NCBI RefSeq assembly: GCF_018350175.1
Contig: NC_058382.1
Coordinates: forward strand, 52,640,001-52,704,000
DNA from: Felis catus
Taxonomy: Eukaryota
Direction: 5' to 3'
DNA length: 64,000 bases
The position numbers and the translations under genes are program-made. Position 1 is the first letter of the stretch. Each line of letters begins with the position of its first letter. Below the pieces are notes generated by a model that was given only the letters and a program-made list of their open reading frames with translations, ran no database searches and had not been told where the DNA came from. Shown here one piece after another: positions 36,788 through 48,024 of this stretch.

Positions 36788-38240
36788 AAAATTATAATAG
36801 TGAATATTGTTTTTCCTTCCCCTCTGTTCTTTAATTTATTTATGATGAGGGTGTACTGTATCAAAATAAAGATTAATTTTATTTTAGGGAAAATGAAAAG
36901 ACATTACCATGCAGGTGACTTTATTATTTGCATGCAGTCGATCAAAAAGCATACCTGCGTTCAGCAAAATACAATCCTGAAGTCTTTTAGCATTGAATGT
37001 TTGAAACTGTGAAATAGGTTCTAATTTGGCAATGAATTCGGGAGATAAAGACGACTCTCATTTAGATAACATCAGTGGCTTTCTAAAATATTTATTTAGT
37101 TAATATTTTACTTCTTGTCTATGTATCTCTAAAATTGTAACACTTCACAAAAAAAGCAATAAAAACTACTGCATTGGGTGAAGATTAACACCTAATGAAG
37201 TTGTACTGGCTAATATTTGAACAGCTTTGTTTTTTTTAATGAAACTTTAAATGTGGGTTATGGGTTTTATTTTCTTAGTGAGCTGAGGGCTTCTCAAATT
37301 TTGACTCCATTATTTCATTTTAAGATTTAGTATGATGTTTCTTAAATAAGTTAGCACTGTGATTGACAATCTACCTAGAAAGATGAGGCAACTGGGGGTG
37401 ATGGCCCCCCACCCCCCAATTATTGCCTTTGTTCTTACAAGTGTGTTTAAATCTATTTCTGTTAATTTACAATTTGAAAGGTGGGCGAGGAGCAGAGTTT
37501 GAAAAATAGATTACTGTCTTCATTAATACAGGTTTGACCTACAAAGTCTTCACGTACTTAATGATTAAAAACCAAAGTACTAAATAATAAATTATAAGAA
37601 TTTATAGGAGTCATCATCTTGAAATTAGCTTACTGAATGTTCTTATCATAATAAATCTGAGTGGGTGTCTAATTTAGTGTTAGCTGACTAAAATTATATG
37701 TTGCGGGCAGGGAAAAAAAAAACACTTTTGTTTGAAGACACACGCATTGAGTTTAATCACAGGTGATCTGAAAGGCACCTGTCTTTTGCTATGTTCACTT
37801 CGCAGAAACTTTGGCGAAACTGGGTGAATGAAGATCGATCCCAATTTGTAAATCTGGCAGACAATAAAATTTCCCCCAGCACTTCAGTGATGTTTGTGTT
37901 AACACTTGCTGCACAGATTCTAGAGACTGAGCCAGCAAAACTGTGCTGTGCTCTCCCGGAGTCAAGTCTGTAGAGAGTTCATCGTTTCTTAGTTGTAGAG
38001 TGTTTTTATTGGCGGAAGAAAGGTGAGCCCTACCTCTCCGCCCTTCTACATCTCCCTCCCTCGCACCATGTGTGTCAGAAGGGCTTTCTCTATCCATCCG
38101 ACAATTATTTACTGGGTTTCTATCCTGGTTCAATCAGACCCTGTATTAGGCTCGGGTGGTGTAAAAAACTTAGGGCTCTATCCTCACCCTGAAGTAGGTC
38201 AACATCTTTTACAGAAGGCAGACTTGGGAACAAATAAATT

Positions 38241-38243
<3 letters not shown>

Positions 38244-38292
<49 letters not shown>
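38244..38292. repeat. (CA)n microsatellite
   Basis: Directly visible. Confidence 0.97.
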
Positions 38293-38293
<1 letters not shown>

Positions 38294-38829
38294 CTTTGTA
38301 TGGAAAAGTAGGTGCATATGCAAGGTACAAGCGGGAGTGACTAATTATCTCCAGTGAGGCAAGACTGGTAGTGAGGGAATGTTTCTTCCAGAAGAGGGGA
38401 GACAAATAGGAGTTGATTAAGGACAGAGAGTAGCCAAGGAAGATGTTCTCATAGAGGGATCAGCATGGGTAAGGTGCACGGATAAAGCACAGTCTGTCTG
38501 GGCCACAAGAAATGCTGTTTTTGGGGCTCGGAGGGCCAGAACAGACCTGTCAAGGATCACGTTAATGACTTAGGCATGGACCACAGGGCAAAAGCCCTCA
38601 GACAGGCCTAAACTTTGTTTATAGCCCACAGGCACTGAAGGTTTCGCAGCAGGATATTAGTGACTTTATATTGTAGCAGAAATGGAATAACTCTCCTCCA
38701 GGTGCTGTGAGAAGTTGGCATATAATTCGGTGATTTTTTGTATTTCAAATTTAGTGTCTTAGAGATAGAAAAGGAGAAGAAATGTACATGCACATCCGTA
38801 TTTATGTACACACACACTTAAGTAATTTA

Positions 38830-39600
38830 CCTCAAATATACAAAGAGATTTTGCAAATCAAGAAGAAAAATGTGAAGCTCCCAATAGAAAAATGGGCAAA
38901 GACAATGAACAGGAAATTCACTGAAGAAAACTGACAAACGTGAAAAAAGAATCAACCTTATTTTTAATTCACGGAAGTGGAAATTAAACAATGAGGTACC
39001 ATTTTGCACCACGACATTGACAGGTATTAAGGCATATAACTGCCAATGTTGGTGAGTGTGTGGAGTATAAAGGGGTGTAAAAAAGAAAAACGGTCCCGAA
39101 TCTGGTCTGGAATAGAACCTTTTTGCATGATGTAATTCACAGCCTCATTCCTGATAAATTGCTTAAGCAATTTTCTGATAAACTTTAATGGGATTAAGAC
39201 TTGTTCTGAAAAATCAGCCACCCATCTAGCCAGCTGACTGTCAGTCAAGAGTCTAGCGACCTCAAACCAAGTGTTCTTTTCTTTTTGTATCTAGCTTAAC
39301 ATTGGCTATCTTATCGCTCCATTTTCTATAAAATGTCTCTACCAAGAGTGAATCTCTGAATTGATTTGCCAGAGTCCTTTCCCCTTGTAGCAAAATTACA
39401 ACAAAACTTTGACTCATGCGCATAACTAGACTTTGTAAAAAGTTTTCTTTAACACAGGGAAAGAACGCACTATTAAAAAGAGCATAAATTGGTTTTGGTC
39501 ATTTTTGGAGAGCAAGTGGGAAATTTCAGCACAAATTAAGCCTTTTGATCAAGCAATTTTGAATCAGAAAAATCCAGACCCTTCAATAAATGTGCAAGGT
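38830..39600 (+). mobile_element. Ancient L1M(E) ORF2 3' fragment, interrupted by an LTR-like insert
   Basis: CCAATAGAAAAATGGGCAAAGACAATGAACAGGAAATTCACTGAAGAA corresponds to the ORF2p PIEKWAK.MNR.FT.E block; ACAATGAGGTACCATTTTGCACC; L1-like sequence resumes after 39454. Confidence 0.75.
39076..39454 (+). mobile_element. Probable ERV1-class solo LTR (family not assigned)
   Basis: About 380-bp block bounded by TGTAAAAAAGAAAA...TTTTCTTTAACA (imperfect terminal inverted repeat, TG...CA) that interrupts an L1; internal ATTGG (39301) and CTATAAAA (39326). Confidence 0.65.
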
Positions 39601-39635
39601 CTCCCAATTAGAAGAATGAATGATATTTTTAGCAT

Positions 39636-39800
39636 TTTATATATACATATATGTGTGTATATATACATGTGTGTGTATATATAGATATATATATATATAT
39701 ATTTCAATGTATTTACATATTTTACATATAAACTATGTGTATATAAATATATTTATATGTGTATATATACACATACATACACACATTTATTTATTTATTT
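39636..39800. repeat. TA/TG-rich low-complexity tract
   Basis: Directly visible. Confidence 0.9.
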
Positions 39801-40041
39801 AACCTGTGAATTCTGAATCCCTATTAATAGGGTAATGTTTAACTGAGTTATGGTTTTTCCAAAGTTTTAAATACTGTATACAAAAAGAGAGAGAGAGAGT
39901 TGGATATTAGAGAGATCTAAACATACATATTATGCACTATACATATGCACACACTTACACACACACACAAAATGGCTGCCTGAGATACAATGCTGAGTGA
40001 GGAAAAGCAAACTGCAGAGCAATATACACGTTATTAGACTG

Positions 40042-40178
40042 TTTTCTTTCTTTGTTTCTTTCTTCCTTCCTTCCTTCCCTCCCTCCCTCCTTCCCTCCCT
40101 CCCTCCCTCCTTCCTTCCTTCCTTCCTTCCTTCCTTCCTTCCTTCCTTCCTTCCTTCCTTCCTTCCTTCCTTCCTTCC
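40042..40178. repeat. Polypyrimidine tetranucleotide repeat (TTTC/TCCC/TTCC); 17 perfect TTCC units at 40111-40178
   Basis: Directly counted. Confidence 0.97.
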
Positions 40179-41859
40179 AAGAAAGCTATACATGTACCTG
40201 AATGTTTATTTTCATGTGGATTTTCATATGCTTATCATGTGATTGGGGATTGTAATGATAGGTATTAACTGTTAATAGTGATAACTCCCTGACAGAAAGC
40301 ACAAGAAATGAGAAGGTTTTGTGCAAGAGAGAACTTTTATTTTTTCCTTTGTCTTTTCCTTTATGTCATTCTGTCGTGTTTGAATTTCTCCGCCCCTCCC
40401 CCCATCCATCTGTTCTATTTTTGAAAGTAGAAAAAAGGGCAAAAGGTCTGAATTACACAGATATGACTGATGAGGTGGCCCTGGAAGACAGGACCCCACA
40501 ACGTGTCTCAGTCTGAGGCACTGAAACCAGGCCAGCCTTGCAGAGAAGCCGGATGAAGTGGCCTGGAATCCATTCAGTTGATTTCCAGGGTTTGTCTCCA
40601 AAGAGAAAGCTGGGGCTGGGGTTGGGGAAAAGGGAAGTGGAGAAGGCAGGAATGAATTTGATTCTCTCACCCCCTGCTGGTTTCCAAGCCTGCCCCCTCC
40701 CTTGCCCCCCGCAATTTCTAATTAATTAGAAGAGCGATGCCTTCCAGAAAAGAGCAAGCATCCCTTTGGGAATCTCACCAGGAAGAAGTGGGTCTTGTGG
40801 TGGAAAGGAAAGCTGTTTTTTTTTTTTTTTTTCTGTATTAAAAATTAATTAAAACTGGAATGTGTTAAAGCTCAGTTTTTATCATTAGGACCCATTCTAG
40901 ACGGCCAGTTGCTGTTGGTAAAACTTCAAATCCTTTCTGTCACTATAGATTTGGTTTTAGAGAAGTTACCTTAGCGTTCAGCATTTTATGTGTCAGTCAC
41001 TAAAACTCATGATCCTCTGTGACTCCATTGGGTTGGAGGAAGGGCGAGTGATTTCATTCTCAGAAAGGTGTCCAGAGTCCCCTGTGTCAGAGGATATAAC
41101 AGCTGGCAAATTAGAAGTCGATAGTTACTGATAGTTCTTTTCAAAGGATAGACACTGAGAGTTATTTCCAAAGGAAGGAAACCAGTATGGGAACAGTTTA
41201 ATGTGATGTCACCTTGAAAATTTCCTTTTTGCTTTTTAAAGACAGTATCTCTATCTCCTTTGGTTGCTTATAAATTGGTGGTCTCCGAATAAATACATTT
41301 TTCTCTTGTTTGAATGAGAAATCATAATGAACCTAACGAATTTGAGGACATATCCTGACCACGGTAGCAGACCGCGCTAATGGCTTCGGTAAATCACATT
41401 TCCATGAGTACACTTTTCAGTTAATTCTCAAAAAAGAAATAGTAATGAATTTCTAGCCATATGTTAGCGTTATTCCCAAATACGTAAATCCTTGTCTGGG
41501 ACTGTGGCCTCTTCAGTAGTCCCTGCCCTTACTCTGTCCTCATATCCTAAAACACAGCCTTCATCGATGTAGAGATTTTCACCACATGCTTGTCTATACT
41601 CTGCTATTATATGTGCGATACTTTGTATATACTGTGTGTCCATGCCGCCAAAGTATGTGCCCAATATTTTTTTTCACTCATTCATTGAATGGCATGAATG
41701 AATGGCAGTCTAGTTTTGTGAAAGTACTTGAAGCACTCCCACACTTTGTACCCTTTGTTTATATAATTTCTGTTCTGGGCACCCCCAACCCACTATTTCC
41801 ATGCTTCATGTAAGACTTCTTGTGCAGTGGGCAGTGAGTAAGGTCAGAATGAATTGGCT

Positions 41860-42105
41860 AGACTTCGATTCGTTCATTTACTCGAATAGTCTGCCGTTCA
41901 AAAAGGTAAAAAACTTAGAACATAAAACCCCAAAACCGAACACCTATCATGTGCCGGGCATTGCTCTAGAAGGTAAAGATTCAGCAAAAAAGAAAAAAAA
42001 AATCCCTCCCCTTGTAGAGCTTATGTTATCTTGGGGGAAGAAAGGCAATAAACAAAACATCAATATTTAATATAATTTCAGATAATAACACAGGCTAAAA
42101 AGAAA
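41860..42105 (-). mobile_element. L2 LINE 3' fragment
   Basis: TTCGTTCATTTACTC tail; AACACCTATCATGTGCCGGGCATTGCTCTAG...TCCCTCCCCTTGTAGAGCTTA. Confidence 0.65.
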
Positions 42106-42349
42106 TGTTCTTCCTGTCAGTGCTGCCCAATATGTATTCTTTAGTTCTCTGCCACACTGTCAAATATGTGGACATCTGTTTATCAGAAATGTCTGGGAAC
42201 CAGCTAAAATGAGGCAGTTAATGGTGACCCACCATGGAGTGTTGAGGGAAGATTTTTCTGCCAGGCTTTATCTATCTATCTACCTACCTACCTACCTACC
42301 TACCTCTATTAACTTACTTGTATTGCATTAAGAATTACTTTTTACTCCT

Positions 42350-42960
42350 GCCATTTATTTGCTTATTTATTTCTGAAGAGGTAAAAAACATTTATAGAAG
42401 GTGACAGAGCACAGTTAGCTCCCACCCCATCACCCAGCTTCGATATCTACCCCACGTGGCCAATCATGTTTTACCCTTACCACATCCACTTCCCCCACAT
42501 CCAGTATTTCACAGAAGCAAATCGAAGCCATTACATCTTTTTATCCATAGATATTTTATTATGAGTCACTATAAAGTCAGAGCTCTCCAAGATAAACAGA
42601 CACACACATACATAGATCCAGTATCATTACCATGCCCAAAGAAATAACACAAAGTTTTTAATATGATTATGTATCCATTAAAGGATCATGTTTCCAGTTG
42701 TTCCGTAAATATTATAAATCACACTTTTTTTTTCAACTGTTGTTTGAGTCCCCCCAGGGTTTTGTGGGGGTTTTTTTTCTGTAATTTATCTCTTTTTGAG
42801 TTTTCAAGAGTTGTTTGAATGTTTGCTGTCCTTAACAAATCTGGAAACTGTCGAAATAAGTAAAGAAGAAGAGAAATAAAGTGCACTGGCGTTTCCATAT
42901 TCCCATGTTTTCTGGTCAAGGTTGTCATACCTAGCTCGTGGCTAGAACCGCTTTCTGGTA
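42350..42960 (-). mobile_element. Ancient L1M(E)-like 3' fragment
   Basis: AGCAAATCGAAGCCATTACATCTTTTTATCCATAGATATTTTA and AGTATCATTACCATGCC blocks; heavily diverged. Confidence 0.45.
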
Positions 42961-43003
42961 ATAATGTTTTGAGAACAATTTGGCTGTTGTTGGTATTGGT
43001 TGG

Positions 43004-43510
43004 GGTATTAGTCAGGGTTCCCCAGAGAAATAGAAGCAGTAGAGGCTGTGGGTACACACACAGACACACGCACAGACACACACACGTATATAATAGAGAG
43101 AATTACTGTAGAGGATTCTGAGGTCACACAATTATGGAGGCCAAGAAGTCCATACCCAAGAGAGCTAATGGTAGGGTCTCAGTCCAAGTCTGAAGGCTTG
43201 AAAAGCAGGAAAGCCAATGTTGTAAGTTCTGGCCAAGTCTAAGTCTGAGGGCAGGAGAAGATACATATCCTCGTTCAAAGACAATGAGGCAGAAAGAACA
43301 ATCTTCTCCTTCCTCTCTGCCTTTTGTTCTCTTGGAGCATTCAACAGATTGGATGTGGCGTTCTCACACTGGGCAGGGTAATCTGCTTTATTCAAATATT
43401 AATGTCAACCAGAAACACCCTCACAGACATACCCAGAAATAATATTTAACCAAATATCCAGGCACCCTGTGCTCCCATCGAGTTAATACATAAAATTAAC
43501 CACCATCACA
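43004..43510 (-). mobile_element. ERVL solo LTR (MLT2B-like)
   Basis: GTATTAGTCAGGGTTCCCAGAGAAA left end and CCAGAAACACCCTCACAGACATACCCAGAAATAAT...CATAAAATTAACCACCATCACA right end (reverse complement of the MLT2 5' end). Confidence 0.9.
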
Positions 43511-43631
43511 TGGGTAATGTGGAGTAAGATTTACCTTGGAAATAATGGGTAGGTGCCCCCAAGTACCTTTTCCCCTTGATAGGTTTCTTCATCGAAGAGG
43601 CATCTCAAGGGTCTCTAAGCCAAGTGTTCTT

Positions 43632-43852
43632 TTTTTTTTTTAATGTTTATTTATTTTTGAGAGAGAGTGAGACAAAACATGAGCAGGGAAGGGGCAGAGA
43701 GAGAGAGAGAGAGGGAGACACAGACTCCCAAACAGGCTCCAGGCTCCGAGCTGCCAGCACAGAGCCTGACGCCAGGCTTGAACTCACAGACCGCAAGATC
43801 ATGACCTGAGCTGAAGTCGGACCCCTAATCAGCTGAGCCACCCAGGCGCCCC
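43632..43852 (-). mobile_element. Can-SINE (feliform type)
   Basis: Full-length; TSD TCTAAGCCAAGTGTTCTT (43614-43631) / TCTAACCCAAGTGTTCTT (43853-43870). Confidence 0.96.
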
Positions 43853-43870
43853 TCTAACCCAAGTGTTCTT

Positions 43871-44100
43871 CTTTTTTTTTTTTTAATTTTTTTTTCAACA
43901 TTTATTTATTTTTTGGGGACAGAGAGAGACAGAGCATGAACGGGGGAGGGGCAGAGAGAGAGGGAGACACAGAATCGGAAACAGGCTCCAGGCTCTGAGC
44001 CATCAGCCCAGAGCCCGACGCGGGGCTCGAACTCAGAGACCGCGAGATCGTGACCTGGCTGAAGTCGGAGGCTTAACCGACTGCGCCCCCCAGGCACCCC
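43871..44100 (-). mobile_element. Young felid SINE (SINEC_Fc-type)
   Basis: Diagnostic CTTCAGCCAGGTCACGATCTCGCGG, GGGCTGATGGCTCAG and TTTCCGATTC on the minus strand; CpGs largely intact; TSD CCAAGTGTTCTT. Confidence 0.96.
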
Positions 44101-44374
44101 CCAAGTGTTCTTAATGACAGACCTTGAAGAGGGGCCCCGAGATGTCTTAGAGTCCTCTGAAATATTGTGCAACGTTATATTCCATTTATACTTTTCTGAG
44201 AAAGGATCCTTGTCTCTCATCAGATTCTCTAAGGGCCCATTGGCCTCTGGAGATTTAGTATCACTGTTTGAAGCCGTCATTAGTCCTAGGGAGCTTCCAA
44301 CTTGGTGGTTCCCTTTTGTGAGGAGGGCCTAAGAGTGAATGTCCTGACGACAAACAAGCTGTCTTCAGGAAGCA

Positions 44375-44480
44375 GTTACATCCCTTCTGTTTACTCAGTG
44401 TCCCTGGAGCCTGGCACAGTGCCTTGCACACAGCAGGCACTCAATAAATGTCTCCTGAACCAACCAACGAATAACTGAAC
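44375..44480 (+). mobile_element. L2 LINE 3' end
   Basis: GAGCCTGGCACAGTGCCTTGCACACAGCAGGCACTCAATAAATGT. Confidence 0.75.
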
Positions 44481-44589
44481 AAGTGGTCACTGTATGAGTT
44501 TCCTTTTGCTCCATAAGTAAGTGATCACAGATTTAGCAGGTGGTTCCAGTGGGTTGAATGGTGGCCTGTCGAACGATACGTCCACATCC

Positions 44590-44905
44590 TCTAAGTGTTA
44601 TACAACATGTTCTGCTTTCACTCGGCACGGTGTTTTCAACACTTCTGTATCTGTCAGTCCCTTCATTTCTTATGAGCCTGAATAATATTCCGTCGTATGG
44701 CCACACAACCACTTGTTTATCCGTTCCTCTGTTGATGGGCATCTGTGTTTTCACCCTTTGACAGCTGTGAATACAGGTGCCCTGAACATTTGTGTGCTCG
44801 AACATTCAAGTGTTGCTAGAACACCTATTTTCAGTTCTTTTGGAGATATGTCTAGGAGTAGAATTGCTGGGTCCTATGATAACCCTATGTTTAACTTATC
44901 AAGCA
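44590..44905 (-). mobile_element. Old L1M (L1MB-like) fragment
   Basis: CTGAATAATATTCCGTCGTATGG...TTTATCCGTTCCTCTGTTGATGGGCAT...TCTAGGAGTAGAATTGCTGGGTCCTATG. Confidence 0.8.
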
Positions 44906-45046
44906 ACCCTGTTATTAATTTTTGATGCAGGGTATTTGAAGATTATAAATGGAGCCTTTTCACGTGACAAAAAAAAATCTTCTTTTTTTTTTTAAAGATA
45001 GAAGTTTTCACACTCCTCAGGACCTCAGGATAAAAATAACAGGAAC

Positions 45047-45264
45047 GGGGCGCCTGGGTGGCTCGGTCGGTTAAGCGCCCGACTTCGGCTCAGGTCATGA
45101 TCTCACGGTTCGTGAGTTTGAGCCCCACGTTGGGCTCTATGCTGACAGCTCAGAGCCTGGAGCCTGCCTCGGAATCTGTGTCTCCCTCTCTCTCTGCCCC
45201 TCCCCTGCTCTGTCTCTCTCTCTCTCAAAAATGAATAAATGCAAAAAAATTAAAAAAAAACAAC
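45047..45264 (+). mobile_element. Can-SINE (feliform type)
   Basis: GGGGCGCCTGGGTGGCTCGGTCGGTTAAGCGCCCGACTTCGGCTCAGG head, CT-rich region, A-rich tail. Confidence 0.96.
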
Positions 45265-45764
45265 AACAATAGGAAGAATACTTATTAATCTCGACTTGGA
45301 AAGAACAGACCCAGCACCACTCTGTCGTCTTTGCTGTAACACCTGTTCCTGGACCTCCCCATTTGTGTGGCAGCACGGGGTCACTGTCATGTCATCTGTC
45401 TAGACCTTTGAACTTCACGGTGTCTGAATGAGGGTTATGATCTAGAGGATGTGATTTTTTAAAACAAGACTGGACACAGCCTGCAGGGCATAGATTCGGG
45501 TGACTGTGGTTACCGAGACCCCATGGGCATAGCTCTGAGCTTCCCTGAGTAAGATGAGTTCATTAGCACAGAGTCTGACACGTAGTAGATGATCAGTGAA
45601 TCTAGGCTGAATAAAAACAGAGTTGTCTTGGTGTTTCTCTCAGAGTCCATTTTGTAAAACTAGTATCTTCACATGTCAAAATAAACACCATACATCTGTA
45701 AGTGGTGCGGAGTGTGTGCGGGTACAGAGGGAGGTGTGTTTAAAAGTTAGATATAGGATGAGGC

Positions 45765-45985
45765 AGGTACTTGTATCCCTTGACTTGGATTCACATCTTG
45801 ACTCTTCTTCTTTCTGTCTGAAGATTTTGACAACTCACAGATGCGTTCTGAGCCTCAATTTTCTTGGCTCAGAAATGGCAAGATGAATGTGTGTTTCCTA
45901 AGATTGCTGTACCGTGAATTAAGGCGAGATCCGTCAAGTACAAAGAGCTGTGCCTGGCCGATAAAAGGTGCTCAACAAATCCTGT
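45765..45985 (+). mobile_element. MIR SINE
   Basis: TTCTGAGCCTCAATTTTCTT...AAATGG core; TGTGCCTGGCCGATAAAAGGTGCTCAACAAAT 3' end. Confidence 0.7.
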
Positions 45986-47164
45986 TTATTATTGTTTTGT
46001 TTTCGCTAATTTTTTTTTAAGCTGAAACTGATAACATTCCATGGAGAAAGGACAACACAGTTATTCCATTTGAAGCCTCCATGGGTCGAAAACATAACAG
46101 GTTGCTCCAAGAAGCATTCTCGTTGGAAGTATTAGGCTCTTCAAAGCAATGATAAAATCGGTCTCTCTGTCTTCCATTACATAGACTTTTCCATCTGCCT
46201 CCTGGTTTGACTTCTGTTTAATACCTGTGCTGTGAAAACACCCAAGCATCGTTCTGTCAGTCTTTATAGCTATGACATAAGTCAGAGTCTGCAGTCTCAC
46301 AAATGCTCTGCTGTGCCTCCAAGAGTCTGCCGGCGAGAGCCGTTGTCAGATTCGCAAATGGTCGTTGCAGCCTCCCTCCCTGTGTGGGGCCTGAGACACG
46401 ATTAACCTGAGATAATTGTGACTCTCTCATTAAAGGAAAGCTGTAGCAAGGGGAAAGAAAAAGGAAAACATTGAGACTGATCGAGACGTTCCATGCTATT
46501 TTTTCCTTGCACGTCAGCTGCGTGGGTGCCTCTTGTTCTTCTGTCCTTCAGGTTAGTAAAATCAAGACCAGTTGCTGAAGCTATGAGCTATCCATAAAAG
46601 TTAATGTACCACAGGAAATTGGAAGGCGAACAAAATCACTTAAGTGTTCAGGGCCGCCAAGCTACCCGTGCATCCCTTGTGAGGTGGTCAGCTCCTGGCG
46701 GTGTTTTTGTTGCCCTGGCTTGCAACTTAGCATGACTTTCCTGAGAAAATGAGAGAGCATGTAGACCAAGGGCATTGGCAATAAACCAGGGATACGCTGT
46801 TCCCAGCCATGAGCCGTCCAGGGAAGGAGGAACAGTATGTGACGTACCTCAACGTAGGGCCATATCCAAATCATGGTGGCTCATGTTTTTCTTCAGATAG
46901 CAGTGTCAGTAGATGACCACACTCAGGGGCGCAGCAAACTCTTTCTTTGGTCCAAAGATTCAAATCTGTGCCCTGGCCGTGAGCTGCATAAATGTTGCAG
47001 CCAAAATGTTTCAAATTTGTGTTGTGTCATAAAGGTTCCTCCTCAAGCTGGATGTAGTCTTCTTGACTCTTGGCCCAGCAAGGAAGAAGGCTTGAGTCGA
47101 TGTTCACAACTGAAGAAGGGCTCGTTACACTATGTAGTTGGCTCATTCAGAATGGTTACTGATA

Positions 47165-47386
47165 GGGGCGCCTGGGTGGCGCAGTCGGTTAAGCGTCCGA
47201 CTTCAGCCAGGTCACCATCTCGCGGTCCGGGAGTTCGAGCCCCGCGTCGGGCTCTGGGCTGATGGCTCAGAGCCTGGAGCCTGTTTCCGATTCTGTGTCT
47301 CCCTCTCTCTCTGCCCCTCCCCCGTTCATGCTCTGTCTCTCTCTGTCCCAAAAATAAATAAACGTTGAAAAAAAAAATTAAAAAAA
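47165..47386 (+). mobile_element. Young felid SINE (SINEC_Fc-type)
   Basis: Near-consensus and CpG-rich; perfect 14-bp TSD AATGGTTACTGATA (47151-47164 and 47387-47400). Confidence 0.98.
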
Positions 47387-47629
47387 AATGGTTACTGATA
47401 CGCAGGGTCAGTGACAAGATTGAAACAAAGCTGCAAAGGGAGGGGATAAAAGAAAAGTTTTAGTGCCAAGGAAAATGGAGTGGAAATGTTTGCTTGGTTA
47501 AAAAAAAAAAAAAAAAAGAATGCTTTCCCAAGTATTTTCATATTCAATGATATACTCTTTGTTCTAAAAATGAGTTTGAGGTTTGGTACCATACTTTACA
47601 TACATTATTTCACTTAGTGACTTTTCATA

Positions 47630-47840
47630 GGGGCACCTGGGTGGCTCAGTGGGTTAAGTGTCCCACTTCAGCTCAAGTCTTGATCTTGTGGTTCATGGAT
47701 TCGAGCCCCGCGTCAGGCTCTGTGCTGACAGCTCAGAGTCTGGAGCCTGCTTCGAACTCTGTGTCTTCCTGTCTCTATGCTCCTCTCCCACTTGCGCTCT
47801 GTCTTGCTCTCAAAATAAATAAACATAAAAAAAAAGAAAA
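47630..47840 (+). mobile_element. Can-SINE
   Basis: GGGGCACCTGGGTGGCTCAGTGGGTTAAG head; degenerate TSD ACTT(C)AGTGACT... Confidence 0.94.
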
Positions 47841-48024
47841 CTTCAGTGACTCTTTATAATCTGTAGTTACTGTAGTTTCCAATTTTCAGATAGGGAAACT
47901 GAGACTCAGAAGAGTGAAGAGAGTTACTTAAAGTTTTAGAGCTGAGAGACTGTGGACTAAAAGTTGTAGAACCAAGGTTTTCAAACTGCTAATCTGGAAT
48001 CCTTTCTAATCTTTTTGTTGCCAT

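Noticed and set aside
43614..44112. Three direct repeats separated by similar-length spacers (superficially CRISPR-like)
   Set aside because: The spacers are SINEs and the repeats are target-site duplications; mammalian DNA, no cas genes.
47165..47250. tRNA-like sequence with A and B boxes
   Set aside because: It is the tRNA-derived head of a Can-SINE followed by the CT region and A tail, not a tRNA gene; the same applies to the other SINE heads.
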